Source of the DNA: a candidate division FCPU426 bacterium
GTDB lineage: Bacteria; Oederibacteriota; Muellerivitia; Muellerivitales; Muellerivitaceae
Reading direction: 5' to 3'
DNA: 64,000 nucleotides
Assembly (NCBI GenBank): GCA_963771075.1
Contig: CAVYSE010000001.1
Location: forward strand, 32,001 to 96,000
Shown here piece by piece: positions 51,346 to 61,802 of the stretch. Under the pieces are notes generated by a model, which made no database searches, was not told the origin of the DNA, and saw only the letters and a list, made by a program, of their open reading frames with translations. The translations under genes and the position numbers were made by a program. Each line of letters starts with the position of its first letter. Position 1 is the first letter of the stretch.

Positions 51346-52485
51346 TTAGATTTTTTTCGAATAGATTCGGTATTTCTTGATGATCTTGCCGCCCATGGCC
51401 GAGATGCCGCTGTTGATGCCCTCGTTATCTTCCAGGGTCCAGGACAACTCACCGCCCTTGATCCTCCGTTTTTTGCCGGTCTTGAGAGCTTCCAGGTAAA
51501 GCATGGCCTCGAGACCCTTCTTTCGATAGTCCGGATGGATACCCATGGCCATTTCCCGGGTATCGTCGAACTTGGTGGTGAGGAACTTCACCAATGCGAA
51601 GGGGTCATGCCAGGAAAAAAGCTCGCCGTCCATTTTGATGAGCGCCTGGTTGACGTCCGGAACCACCAAGTTAAAACCGATGGCCTTCCCGTCGACTTCC
51701 GCGAACACCACGAAATCAGGCCAGACAATGTCCTTCAATTTTTTGACCTGATATTGGAACTCTTCGTCGGTCATGGGTACGAAGCCCCAGTTTTTTTCCC
51801 AGATCTTGTTGTAAAGCTCCTGGAGGATTTTTGCGTCCTCGTAAAGCCTTTTCATGTTCAAGGGACGGATGGTGATGCGTTCCCGCTTCATGGTACGCTC
51901 CACGATTTTCACGATGCGCTCGGGAGGGTCGGCCGTGGCGGGGAGATACCAGGCATAAAGATCCTTGGCCTTTGCGTATCCAGCTTTTTCCGTTAGGGGA
52001 AGATAATAGGGCGGGTTATAGGTCATGGCGATACGGGCCGGTGAATCGTAGCCTTCCAATAGGAAACCAAAATAATCGTCGTTCGAGGTGAAGCTGGCGG
52101 GGCCCCGGACCTCGGAAATGCCCTCGGCCTTGAAGAATTTTTCGCCCGCTTGGAAGAGGGCATCGGCCACAGCTTGGTCGTTCACGCATTCAAACCAGCC
52201 AAAAAACCCCACCTTTTCATTCCAGAATTTGATGAAATTGTCGTCAACGCTGGCGGATAGGCGGCCCACCAGCTCGTTTTGCTCGTTGAAGGCCATAAAC
52301 AGCTTGGTGCGGCTGTGCTGGTGATAGGGATTTTTTTGGGGGTTTAAAAGACTTCGTTGGTCATCCAAAAAGGGAGGAACCCAATTCGATTCGCGTTTAC
52401 CCTGGGGCGCGTATATTTTCCAAGGCAGATGAAGAAAGGCTTCCTGATCCTTCTTGGTTTCAACCGTCTTGATCGTGATAGCCAC
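51346..52485 (-). CDS. YghO-like GNAT acyltransferase; probable bacterial ceramide synthase (bCerS)
   Basis: WVPP, GFFGWFEC, MTYNPPYY, NWGFVPM and ELSWTLEDN; downstream of the spt-like gene. Confidence 0.8.
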   Translation of the reverse strand: MAITIKTVETKKDQEAFLHLPWKIYAPQGKRESNWVPPFLDDQRSLLNPQKNPYHQHSRTKLFMAFNEQNELVGRLSASVDDNFIKFWNEKVGFFGWFECVNDQAVADALFQAGEKFFKAEGISEVRGPASFTSNDDYFGFLLEGYDSPARIAMTYNPPYYLPLTEKAGYAKAKDLYAWYLPATADPPERIVKIVERTMKRERITIRPLNMKRLYEDAKILQELYNKIWEKNWGFVPMTDEEFQYQVKKLKDIVWPDFVVFAEVDGKAIGFNLVVPDVNQALIKMDGELFSWHDPFALVKFLTTKFDDTREMAMGIHPDYRKKGLEAMLYLEALKTGKKRRIKGGELSWTLEDNEGINSGISAMGGKIIKKYRIYSKKI

Positions 52486-52601
52486 GGATTTCCCTCGCTT
52501 TAAATAAAGTTTAGGCTAACAAGGCAAGATTTTATCGGTTTTGGGTAAAAAGAGACAAACTTTTATGGAATGGGATAGGGATTTAACCTATCTGGAACTC
52601 G

Positions 52602-53783
52602 TCAGGGGATCACGCCGTATTTTTTGCCGACTTTGCGGAAAGAATCCAATACATGGCTAAGCTGACCGTCCGTATGGGTGGCGGTATAGGAGGTGCGGAT
52701 CAAGGTTTGCTCTGGCGGGACGGCGGGAGAGACGACCGGGGTGGCGAATACCCCCATTTCGCCTAATTCCTTGGTCATGGCGAATGTTTTCATGTTGTCA
52801 CCCACCATCAGGGGGATGATGGCCGAATTGGTGTTGAGCGTGTTCCAGCCCATGGTTTGGAACTCGGAGCGCATGCGCTTGATTATTTCCCAGAGGCGTT
52901 TCTGCCGATCCGGTTCGCGTTTGATAATTTCCAGGCTTTTCAGCACTGCGGCAGTGTCGGCGGGGGAGAGGCTGGCGGTGAAGATGAGGGGCCTGCTGTT
53001 ATGCCGTAAATAGTCGATCACCTTGTGGGTGGAGGCAATGAAACCGCCGATGGAGACGAAGGATTTGGAGAAGGTCCCCATGACCATATCCACTTCCTTT
53101 TGAACGCCAAAGTGGGGGCCGGTTCCATCCCCCTGCGGTCCCAACACCCCGATGGAATGGGCCTCATCGACCATGAGGCGGGCGCCGTATTTTTTCTTCA
53201 ATTCAACGATTTTAGGCAGGCGGCAAACATCCCCCCCCATGGAGAAAACTCCATCCGTCACAATGAGCTTGGGAACATCGGGATGATTGGAAAGAACCCT
53301 TTCCAGGTCGGCCATATCGTTGTGGAGATACTTTACCGTTTTGGCGTAGGAAAGTTTTTGACCATCCACGATCGAGGCGTGGTTATCCCGGTCGGAGATG
53401 ATGTAGTCCCCGCGGGTGGCGATGGTGGAGAGGGCGCCCAAATTGGCCAGAAAACCGGTGGAATAGACCAGGGATTCTTCCATGTGGACGAAATCAGCCA
53501 GCTTTTCTTCCAGCTCTACCCGGATATCCAATGTCCCGTTCAAGAAAGGGGAGCCGGTACAGGCGGAACCATATTTACGGATGGCTTGAACCATGGCTTC
53601 CAGCACCTCAGGATGGGTGACGAGTCCCAAGTAATTGTTGGAACCCACCATGATCATTTTTTTACCCCCAATGGTGACTTCCGTGCCCATTTGGGAGGTA
53701 TTGGGGCGGAAGTAGGGATAAAGGCCCGCTTTTCGAACGTCATCCGCCGCGGTCCAATTATTCGCCTTGTCAAAAATGTCCAT
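52602..53783 (-). CDS. spt: PLP alpha-oxoamine synthase; probable serine palmitoyltransferase
   Basis: GLYPYFR, GSNNYLGL, FLNGTLD, NHASIVDG, DEAH and GTFSKS. Confidence 0.8.
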   Translation of the reverse strand: MDIFDKANNWTAADDVRKAGLYPYFRPNTSQMGTEVTIGGKKMIMVGSNNYLGLVTHPEVLEAMVQAIRKYGSACTGSPFLNGTLDIRVELEEKLADFVHMEESLVYSTGFLANLGALSTIATRGDYIISDRDNHASIVDGQKLSYAKTVKYLHNDMADLERVLSNHPDVPKLIVTDGVFSMGGDVCRLPKIVELKKKYGARLMVDEAHSIGVLGPQGDGTGPHFGVQKEVDMVMGTFSKSFVSIGGFIASTHKVIDYLRHNSRPLIFTASLSPADTAAVLKSLEIIKREPDRQKRLWEIIKRMRSEFQTMGWNTLNTNSAIIPLMVGDNMKTFAMTKELGEMGVFATPVVSPAVPPEQTLIRTSYTATHTDGQLSHVLDSFRKVGKKYGVIP

Positions 53784-53979
53784 GGGTCCTCTTGGTTTCA
53801 GGATGGTTTTAAAATGTTACGGCTAGACTTTTCCGGCTTACCCGGCGGGAGCGGGTCTTAAACCGTTCGGAGGGCTTTTTTTCGCGTAAATAAAATACGA
53901 AAGGTTGTTGCCAGAAGCGGGTGCATTATAATGTTGCCCGATTACCAGTTCAAACTTTTCCCTTCATTACAGGAAACCC

Positions 53980-54972
53980 ATGAAATTTCTTTCGCCCGTA
54001 TTGGTCACAGGCGGTAGCGGATTTGTCGGAAGCCATTTGGCGGAAAAACTGGCCCAAAACCGTGTGCAGGTGAATCTGTTGGTGCGAAAGACAAGCAAAA
54101 TACCCTTTAACATTGGACCGCGAATAAAGGTGTTCTATGGCGATGTGACGGACCGCGACTCGGTGAAGGCGGCGGCCCAGGGCGTGAAGGCCATCTATCA
54201 TCTTGCTGGAATCCTACGTGGGTCCAGTTTGCAAAAACTCAATGAGGTCAACGCCGAGGGAACCCGAAATGTTTGCGAGACGGCGTTGGGAGTGAAAACG
54301 CTCAAGCGATTGGTTTACGTCAGCTCTTTGTCCGCCGCCGGACCCAGCCGGGATGGAAGGCCTTTAAAGGAGAACTTGCCTTGCCAACCTGTTTCGCTTT
54401 ATGGGTTAACCAAATTAAAAGGCGAGGAAATTGCGATAACCTACAACCGAAAGGTTCCATTAACGATCCTAAGGCCAGGCGCGGTCTACGGACCTCGTGA
54501 AACGGACATTTTGGCTTATTTTAAGATGGTGCGGGATGGATGGGTTTTTCTCCCCAGTTTGCGGCAGGAGGTAAGCTTCGTCTATGTCGCGGATTTAGTG
54601 GATGCGATTCTTTTGGCCGGTCAATCGCCCAAGGCGGTCGGTCAAACCTATTATGTTTCCGATGGCGCGGCCTACAGCTGGCAGGATTTGACCCAAAAGA
54701 TCGGCAGATCCTTGAATCGGAACTTTCGAACGATATCGGTACCCATGCCGGTGGTGAAAGGAATCGCTTATTTGGGCGAAATAGCAGAGAAAATCACCGG
54801 TAAAGCCACCATGCTCAATGTCGATAAGGTTAAAGAGGCGTTTTATTCCCATTGGATATGCGATAACGGAAAAATCCGTTCCCATTTGGGGTTTAAACCC
54901 CTTTGGCACTTGGAACAAGGCGTCCGGGAATCAGCGGCCTCTTACATGAGTGCAGGTTGGATCAAAAATTGA
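53980..54972 (+). CDS. NAD-dependent epimerase/dehydratase (extended SDR); candidate ceramide reductase
   Basis: TGGSGFVG, HLAG, VSSLSA, YGLTK and VYGP. Confidence 0.85.
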   Translation: MKFLSPVLVTGGSGFVGSHLAEKLAQNRVQVNLLVRKTSKIPFNIGPRIKVFYGDVTDRDSVKAAAQGVKAIYHLAGILRGSSLQKLNEVNAEGTRNVCETALGVKTLKRLVYVSSLSAAGPSRDGRPLKENLPCQPVSLYGLTKLKGEEIAITYNRKVPLTILRPGAVYGPRETDILAYFKMVRDGWVFLPSLRQEVSFVYVADLVDAILLAGQSPKAVGQTYYVSDGAAYSWQDLTQKIGRSLNRNFRTISVPMPVVKGIAYLGEIAEKITGKATMLNVDKVKEAFYSHWICDNGKIRSHLGFKPLWHLEQGVRESAASYMSAGWIKN

Positions 54973-55008
54973 TACATTCTAGGGGTTCAAAACAAACGGA
55001 GGGGTTAT

Positions 55009-56094
55009 ATGAATAAATTTCTGAAGGGGTTCATCCTGTTGGCGTTTTTATCCTTGTCCGGTATGCCGGGACGAGGCTGGGCCCAGGATTCTCCCACCGA
55101 CTCCGTCCTGCCCAAGGATCATTTACTGGAAAATCTGCCCTGGCTTTCGGACGAGGGCAAACTGGAAAGCAAGGGGTTGTTCGATTTTGAGGATGTCCGG
55201 GGATTGAACCAAAGGGACCTCATCCTGATCTACCGGCAAGCCGTGCCGGTGGGTGATCTGGATAAGCCGCATAGCCAAACCTTGGCAGTTTGTTTTTACG
55301 ATCCAACCCAGAAAAAATATGTTAAGAATTTTACTGACGACGGGGGACCGGTTTTGTGGGTAAAGGTATTCTCGGATAACCAAAAAAAGCATATGTTCCT
55401 GGTTTATCAAAGGGATGACCTGAAAGGAAATCAGGTGCTTCGAGCCTATACTTATGTTGGCGGCAGTTTAAAATCGGTGCTGGAAGTCATGTCTCCGCAA
55501 CTCTATGCCGCCGTCAATTCCAATGATCCGAACGGCGAAATTTTGTGTTCATCAAAAGAGACTCCCAAAGACCGTACTGCAGCTGAACATGACTTTGATT
55601 GGGACGAAACTCAATCCCAGTTCGTGGACCAGATGGTGGTCCAAACCGCGGGGAATTGGGGCGGAAGCTCGCTTCGCATCGCGACACCGGTTCCCACGGC
55701 GGTTCCCGCGATCGCTGTTGCGCCCGCCCCTACGAAAGCGGCGGAATCGGCCCCTGTGGTGGCTTCCAAAAAACAGGGAAAGGGCTGGTGGGATGAGCCT
55801 TTGGACGCGCAGGCTTCCCTTTTAAAATTAAAGACCGTTATCGTTCCCGATCGAATCGGGAATAACAAGATCGCGCAATTGGGGCAGGAAGCCGCCGCTT
55901 TCTTCCAGACGGTGCATCAGAGCGGCATTATTGGTAAGGACTTCGCCTCGATGCGTTCGACTTATTACGCGGCCGTGGCTCAGGCTTTACTGGATAAGGG
56001 ATCAAGCAAGGATGCGGCTTTCTATTTGAAAACAGCCCTGACCTTTCAAAGTGATAACCCTGACGCTTTGGCGGTCAAGGAAAAACTGAAATAA
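55009..56094 (+). CDS. Secreted hypothetical protein with C-terminal TPR-like helices
   Basis: GGAGG RBS and signal peptide. Confidence 0.7.
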   Translation: MNKFLKGFILLAFLSLSGMPGRGWAQDSPTDSVLPKDHLLENLPWLSDEGKLESKGLFDFEDVRGLNQRDLILIYRQAVPVGDLDKPHSQTLAVCFYDPTQKKYVKNFTDDGGPVLWVKVFSDNQKKHMFLVYQRDDLKGNQVLRAYTYVGGSLKSVLEVMSPQLYAAVNSNDPNGEILCSSKETPKDRTAAEHDFDWDETQSQFVDQMVVQTAGNWGGSSLRIATPVPTAVPAIAVAPAPTKAAESAPVVASKKQGKGWWDEPLDAQASLLKLKTVIVPDRIGNNKIAQLGQEAAAFFQTVHQSGIIGKDFASMRSTYYAAVAQALLDKGSSKDAAFYLKTALTFQSDNPDALAVKEKLK

Positions 56095-56150
56095 GACCTG
56101 TGAAACAAGGTTTAATATTTAATGTGTAAGGGTTGAAGCGAAAGAAATAG

Positions 56151-56183
56151 AAAAGCCGCAAACCAAGCGGTTTGCGGCTTTTT
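56151..56183. terminator. Bidirectional intrinsic terminator
   Basis: AAAAGCCGCAAACC-AAGC-GGTTTGCGGCTTTT. Confidence 0.8.
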
Positions 56184-56189
56184 AATGGG

Positions 56190-56272
56190 TGGTGCCCGAG
56201 GCGGGACTCGAACCCGCACGGTCGCCCATACGCACCTCAAGCGTACGTGTCTGCCAATTCCACCACTCGGGC
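56190..56272 (-). tRNA. tRNA-Leu (anticodon GAG)
   Basis: GCCCGAG acceptor stem, TACGC-TTGAGGT-GCGTA anticodon arm, long variable arm, GGTTCGAGTCCC T-arm and CCA end. Confidence 0.96.
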
Positions 56273-56374
56273 CAGCGTGAAAAGACCAATGTTTGCGGTC
56301 TTGTGAGGAAGCGTATTATACTTTTTGAACTCCGATTGTCAAACCAACCTGTAAGTCCGGATTAAGGCTCTCGA

Positions 56375-58435
56375 TTGATTGCAACGCTTTTTTCCTTCCT
56401 GTTTTTGGCTCTTTCCCTTTTAGGGACCGAATTTTACCTTTTGCATCCTTCATTTCGCATGTTGGAAGACACCCTTTGGAATCCCCCGCTCGCAGGAGAA
56501 ATATGGATCCAAAGATTACCCGCACTTTTTTTAATAATCCCGGTTTGGATGGGATTGGCAGGTTGGGCGCAGGTTATTGAACAACTTTTCCTGAGCCGCA
56601 TGGATTTAAGGTTGCGCCCCCCATTTGCCTGTTCAGCGGTTCTTTGTTTATTTTCCTGTTACAGCTTTGGTTTGGCGATCAATGGAGTTTTGTATTCATG
56701 GGCAGCGGGTGCTTTCTTTTTGCCTTTTATGCTGCAGGGATTCGCTGAAATTCAATCATTCATAAGAAAAATTAAGATGTCGCCCGTGAACCCATGGTTT
56801 ATAGGGGGAGGGGTTTTGGTTCTATTGGTTTGGGCCGCCGAGTTTTTATCACCTCCTTTGATATGGGACGCGGTATTGGATCATTTCCGGTTCGCCGGGG
56901 AAGTCGCCCGGCAACACTTGATTCCTTACCACTGGACCAATCACACGGGGGATATGCCGAAATTCGCTGAAATAACATGGGCTGGATTTTGGGTGATGGG
57001 CGGGGAATTCATGTCGAAAGCCTCATTGGCCATTTCGGCAGGCTTAACCCTTTGGATATTGAAGGCATACGCCAATTATAAGGGTTACTTCGGCTGGATC
57101 GGTCCACTCTTGTTCTTGACCTGTCCCGTTTTTTTAGCCTTATTCGCCTGGGGATATGTGGAGGGGCATCTTGCCCTTTTTGAATTATTGGCTCTGATTG
57201 CGTTTTTGGAATTCATGGAAGGTAAGACCCCAGGCCCATGGCTTGGATTAACCGCGTTTTTTCTGGGAGCGGCCTTGGCCACGAAATACACGGCTCTATG
57301 GATGTTTCCCGGCTTTCTCGTTTTGGGTTTGTTTTCAATGAAAGAGAAACGTAAGAAGCTTCCGATTTGGACGGGTTTAATACTTTTCGCTTTTTGTTCG
57401 TTGCCTTGGTATTTGCGTAACGAGTTGGCAAATGGAAATCCCCTTTATCCCCTCTTTACGAATTTATTGGGAGGCCCTCCGGGATTCGATCGCGGGATGG
57501 AAAACGCGCTTTGGGCAGATACGGGAAGGGAAGAGGGTTTGAACCTCATTAGCGGGTTTGCCCTTCACGCGAAAGCCTTTTTTACGGTCCACAATGGCAT
57601 CGGGGCTTGTTGGACGCCCTTGGCGGGTATGGCCTTGCCTTGGTTATTCACGAACACCAAAGAAAAGACGATTCAACGGATGGCCGTTTTTTGCGTGATT
57701 TACTTTGGAGTTTGGGGAATTTTTTGCACAAACCTAAGGCATGCCTCGGGTGGATGCTTGATTTTATTAATGATGGGATCATTTCTTTGGGAAAAAACTT
57801 TGGAAAGCCCGAAAAAGCGGGCGGGGTTTCTATTTATCCCGGCCCTCATATTTTCTTTCCTTTTAACATTTTGGGCGCAAATACAAACAACCGCACCTTA
57901 CGCGGCCGCACTCGGGATGGAAGACCCTTTGTTTCGGCTAAAACGGAATTATTCCTTTGAGATGAGCACCTATTCCGCTTACAAAGCCATTGAGCAGAAT
58001 TCCGATACCCAAGACCGGGTCCTGGCTTTCGGCGTTTACCAAACCTATCCTTTGCGCCGTACGGCTTATGTTGATTTTTTTTGGAAAAAACCGATTCTGT
58101 TGAAATGGGCGGAACAAGCTAAAACCGATGATGATCTCGCCCGGAAACTGCGAGAAGAAGGTATTGAGTTCATCCTATACCAAAGGGAAGAAGCGGTCAT
58201 GATGTCGCGGAAAGAGAAGGACTTTATTTTGACCGGAATGCCGGAGGATCAATATGTGGAATTCTGGCGGCGTTACGCGGACCCGGTCGGAAGTTTTGGA
58301 AATTGCACGTTATATCAAATCCGAAAGTCCCCATCGGCGAAAATTTTCCCTTTGAAGGAATTGCCCGGACTTCAAGAGAATTTACTTTGGGACAAGGAAC
58401 ATCACGCGACAAACAGTCCTCTCGATTTGAAATAG
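56375..58435 (+). CDS. GT-C fold (ArnT/PMT-like) membrane glycosyltransferase
   Basis: WDAVLDH, YVE, ALATKYT and PWYLRN...GNPLYP; many TMs. Confidence 0.75.
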   Translation: MIATLFSFLFLALSLLGTEFYLLHPSFRMLEDTLWNPPLAGEIWIQRLPALFLIIPVWMGLAGWAQVIEQLFLSRMDLRLRPPFACSAVLCLFSCYSFGLAINGVLYSWAAGAFFLPFMLQGFAEIQSFIRKIKMSPVNPWFIGGGVLVLLVWAAEFLSPPLIWDAVLDHFRFAGEVARQHLIPYHWTNHTGDMPKFAEITWAGFWVMGGEFMSKASLAISAGLTLWILKAYANYKGYFGWIGPLLFLTCPVFLALFAWGYVEGHLALFELLALIAFLEFMEGKTPGPWLGLTAFFLGAALATKYTALWMFPGFLVLGLFSMKEKRKKLPIWTGLILFAFCSLPWYLRNELANGNPLYPLFTNLLGGPPGFDRGMENALWADTGREEGLNLISGFALHAKAFFTVHNGIGACWTPLAGMALPWLFTNTKEKTIQRMAVFCVIYFGVWGIFCTNLRHASGGCLILLMMGSFLWEKTLESPKKRAGFLFIPALIFSFLLTFWAQIQTTAPYAAALGMEDPLFRLKRNYSFEMSTYSAYKAIEQNSDTQDRVLAFGVYQTYPLRRTAYVDFFWKKPILLKWAEQAKTDDDLARKLREEGIEFILYQREEAVMMSRKEKDFILTGMPEDQYVEFWRRYADPVGSFGNCTLYQIRKSPSAKIFPLKELPGLQENLLWDKEHHATNSPLDLK

Positions 58436-58566
58436 CACAAAGGGATGAGGAAGTTTTTTATCGTCTGGGATGGGAACCTAAGGCTGGGAAGGGTTTTTGG
58501 GGTGGATGGTCAATTTCTTTTTTTAAACTAGAAATTTTTTCCGAAAAGCGTTTCGCCCGGAGCGCC

Positions 58567-59889
58567 TTACTTTTGACAGTATTGGAGCGGGTCAGGCCTG
58601 AGCACACATTCGGTGGCGATTCTCAGGTTTTTTATTTTTCCAACATGTCTTAGTTCGTAAAGACGAGGAACCACTAGATCCCGTAAAGCAACCGGCGACA
58701 GGGGGTTGACGTAGATTTTGGTCCCGCCCTCAAACCCAGCCTGATTCACGGTCCGCCATTTAATGAGGATATGCCATGGCATGACATCCACCGCGTCCCG
58801 GGGTGAATAGTACCATTCTTCGTTGCATGGAATTTGATTTCCCATGGCGGCATGGCAGGCATGCACCAAATCAGAAAAACCTCGCAACTCTTCGGGTGCG
58901 TGTTCCTCCGGCCGGGCGTTCTTAGATTTGGAATAGATCGCCAAAGTGGGATAGCGGTGCCCTAATTCCGCCAAGGCGATGGCATGGTCATTTTCAGCGA
59001 ACACAAGATTGTGCTTAACCGAAAAATTGATGATTGCCTCATTATAAATGTTAGGGAATTCTCGGGCTATTTCCACCTCGGCTTGAATCGAGGTCCCCCA
59101 TTCATCCAACCCCACCAATTGTTTATGGAGGTGATCCAAGGAAGCACCGGCGGGTTGAAGCCAGTTCTGAAATATCGTGACATAACGGATAAAGGGATTG
59201 TGTTGGTAAATGTCGATCAGGGCATCAATGGTGAATTGCATGAATAAATAATGGTCCTCATCGGTCATTTCTCCGGATGAGTAATACTCGTTGTCGACGG
59301 CCGCGCCTGGCCTGAAATGGCGTCCGGCGATCACCAATTCATGCGCCCCCCCAAAAAAAGATTCGGACAGCTTTCGAATTTCATCGGCCGTCAATGACTC
59401 GGTTGCTTCAATCGATTTACCCTGGAGACGTAGTTTCGTTTGAATGATATTGCGGACATGATCCCAACCTCTGGGATTATCCAAGTAATTCTGCATCCAT
59501 TGGGATTGGGCTGGCGAAAGTTTAAACCCGTGGTTTTTGACCCAGTAATCAATCGTGACGATCTCAAAAAGATTGGCGACCCTGCGAAAGACGGCTTTGG
59601 TGGCGTCAATCATATCGGGGTTGACCTTGTCGAGCCGTTGAAAATGTCCATCCCAATTTTGGATGAGTCTGGATTTCTCCGGTGGGGTCTGGAAATATTC
59701 GGAAACGCAAAAATCGCAATAATTTTCCTTGGCTTGGGATTCTAATGGCTTGGGAGTTTTATGGGATCGATTGGTCAGGGGCCGGTATGCACGATCCGGA
59801 ACGGTCCAGACCTCCGTGCCGGTCAGGGGATTAATATGCTTTAACGTCCCATCGGTCATGGTCAGGTATAAATTTTGAAATTTGCGCAT
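58567..59889 (-). CDS. DUF4921 / GalT-like HIT-fold protein
   Basis: DGTLKHINPLTGTEVWTVP, RRVANLFEI and FQNWL..AGAS.DHLHKQ. Confidence 0.8.
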   Translation of the reverse strand: MRKFQNLYLTMTDGTLKHINPLTGTEVWTVPDRAYRPLTNRSHKTPKPLESQAKENYCDFCVSEYFQTPPEKSRLIQNWDGHFQRLDKVNPDMIDATKAVFRRVANLFEIVTIDYWVKNHGFKLSPAQSQWMQNYLDNPRGWDHVRNIIQTKLRLQGKSIEATESLTADEIRKLSESFFGGAHELVIAGRHFRPGAAVDNEYYSSGEMTDEDHYLFMQFTIDALIDIYQHNPFIRYVTIFQNWLQPAGASLDHLHKQLVGLDEWGTSIQAEVEIAREFPNIYNEAIINFSVKHNLVFAENDHAIALAELGHRYPTLAIYSKSKNARPEEHAPEELRGFSDLVHACHAAMGNQIPCNEEWYYSPRDAVDVMPWHILIKWRTVNQAGFEGGTKIYVNPLSPVALRDLVVPRLYELRHVGKIKNLRIATECVLRPDPLQYCQK

Positions 59890-60027
59890 GGCTTCTTCTT
59901 TGCATCCATTGGCATAAGAAAAATGCTATATTGAATTGTAATGAAATCCGTACTTTGAAGCAATGCGACAAATGGCTTCTCAGACGCGAGGAAATTTGAA
60001 CGGGCATAAACCTTTGCGGGGGTTCCT

Positions 60028-60798
60028 TTGAAATTCTTGTGCCTTTCCGATTACCAAGGGGCGGCCCAGTATCTTCCGCTCCTTCCCCTGTTGGTTCAAA
60101 ACGAGGAACCGGACCTGATTTTCTATTGCGGGGGTTCTATGCGTGGGGAAATTCGCTTGGCGGAATATGAGAACGCCAGGCGGTTCCACAGCAAGCCGGA
60201 TTTGGATTCACCCGTCATTCACAAAGAGGTTCAGGAAGATAGTATCCACCTTCAACAGCTGCTTTTGGCTTTGGCTGATTCACAAAAAACCGTTTATGAA
60301 ATACCCGGGTTGGAGGATGCGCCCGAGTCATTATATTTCAAGACTATTTATAATCTTTCGAACATCTATCCAAATTTACAACCCGCCCATGAAATGCTCC
60401 ACCACGCCGAATCCTTTTCGGTCGCCGGGTTTGGAGGGGAAATCACCATCAGTGAAGACCAACGCGAACTCACTCTGCAATATTCTAAACCCTGGGCAGA
60501 ATTCGCCCTTCGCCGAATGGAATTCTTTCCCGGGGAAAAAATTCTGCTTTTTCATTCACCCCCCGTTTGCCGTTTGGATCAATCCGATGGGGAACATTGC
60601 GGGATTTTATTGGTGAATGAAATCATTGAGACGGTTTCACCCGCTCTCGTGGTTTGCGGACGCGCCAAGTCCGGTCAGGGAGTCGTGAAAATGGGCAAGT
60701 CAACGGTGGTCAATCCCGGCCCGCTATTTCGGGGTCATTACGCGATTATTGATTACCCCTCCATGGATATCCGTTTTGGAAATTTAGAAGACCTCTAG
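60028..60798 (+). CDS. Metallophosphoesterase-fold protein with degenerate metal ligands
   Basis: LSDYQG, PGLEDAP, FHSPP, VVCG and VVNPGP. Confidence 0.7.
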   Translation: MKFLCLSDYQGAAQYLPLLPLLVQNEEPDLIFYCGGSMRGEIRLAEYENARRFHSKPDLDSPVIHKEVQEDSIHLQQLLLALADSQKTVYEIPGLEDAPESLYFKTIYNLSNIYPNLQPAHEMLHHAESFSVAGFGGEITISEDQRELTLQYSKPWAEFALRRMEFFPGEKILLFHSPPVCRLDQSDGEHCGILLVNEIIETVSPALVVCGRAKSGQGVVKMGKSTVVNPGPLFRGHYAIIDYPSMDIRFGNLEDL

Positions 60799-60824
60799 AC
60801 AACGCCTTAATCCCAAGGACTTGC

Positions 60825-61802
60825 TTGATACCGGTTTTAGAAATCAAAAATTTACATATTCACCTTTTGGATGAGGATGGCCGAGTGAGGGGCCATATCC
60901 TTCGTGGCCTAGATATCAACGTTTTTCCCGGAGAAAAGGTCGCCATGGTGGGTGAATCAGGCAGCGGAAAGAGCGTAACCTCTTTGGCGGCGATTAATTT
61001 ACTGCCCTCGCGAAAGATGAAAATAACCCAAGGTACCATTCTGCTAAACGGGAAAGACTTGACCCGGCTTGAGGGTAAACAATGGGGAGATATTCGAGGG
61101 AAGCTGATTTCCATCATTTTTCAAGACCCTTTGGCGGCCCTCAATCCGCTTATGACCGTGGGCGATCAAGTTCGGGAAGCCTTAAGTTTGCTCGATGAAG
61201 ATCGAAATGATTCAGAAAATATTTATGGAAAGGTGATCCGACTTTTTTCCGAAATGGGATTGCCTGATGCCGAAAGGATATGCGGCTTGTTTCCCCATCA
61301 ACTTTCTGGTGGAATGTGCCAGCGAGTGTGTATCGCGATGGCATTGGTTTCTTCTCCCCAACTATTGATTGCGGATGAACCCACAACAGCTTTGGATGTG
61401 ACGGTTCAAAGCCAAATTTTGAAGATCCTGGATCAGGAGATGGCGAATCGAAAATTCACCTTGCTCTTTATTACCCATAATATTCGGATGATGGAATGGT
61501 TTAGTGATCGGATAGCGGTGGTTTATGGGGGTCAAGTGGTGGAGATCGGAAAAACTTCGGATGTGTTTAAGAGGCCAAACCATCCATATACCGCGAGTCT
61601 TCTGTCTTCTTTGGGAGTGGATGAGAAAATGATCAATGACCGTAAACGCATTTATGGCTCAACACCCAGACCTGAAGAAAAGATTACAGGGTGTGTTTAT
61701 TTTGATCGTTGCTCAAGAGCCAAACCCGAGTGTTCTTCCAAGTCTCCGGGATGGTCAAAAATAGAAAAAGGAAATTCAGTCCGGTGCTTTTATCCATTGT
61801 AA
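60825..61802 (+). CDS. oppD: Oligopeptide ABC transporter ATPase (OppD/DppD type)
   Basis: [28 protein letters not shown] and HPYT. Confidence 0.9.
   Translation: MIPVLEIKNLHIHLLDEDGRVRGHILRGLDINVFPGEKVAMVGESGSGKSVTSLAAINLLPSRKMKITQGTILLNGKDLTRLEGKQWGDIRGKLISIIFQDPLAALNPLMTVGDQVREALSLLDEDRNDSENIYGKVIRLFSEMGLPDAERICGLFPHQLSGGMCQRVCIAMALVSSPQLLIADEPTTALDVTVQSQILKILDQEMANRKFTLLFITHNIRMMEWFSDRIAVVYGGQVVEIGKTSDVFKRPNHPYTASLLSSLGVDEKMINDRKRIYGSTPRPEEKITGCVYFDRCSRAKPECSSKSPGWSKIEKGNSVRCFYPL

Noticed and set aside
56190..56272. tRNA-Leu as an island integration site
   Set aside because: No duplicated tRNA 3' end or integrase is seen nearby.
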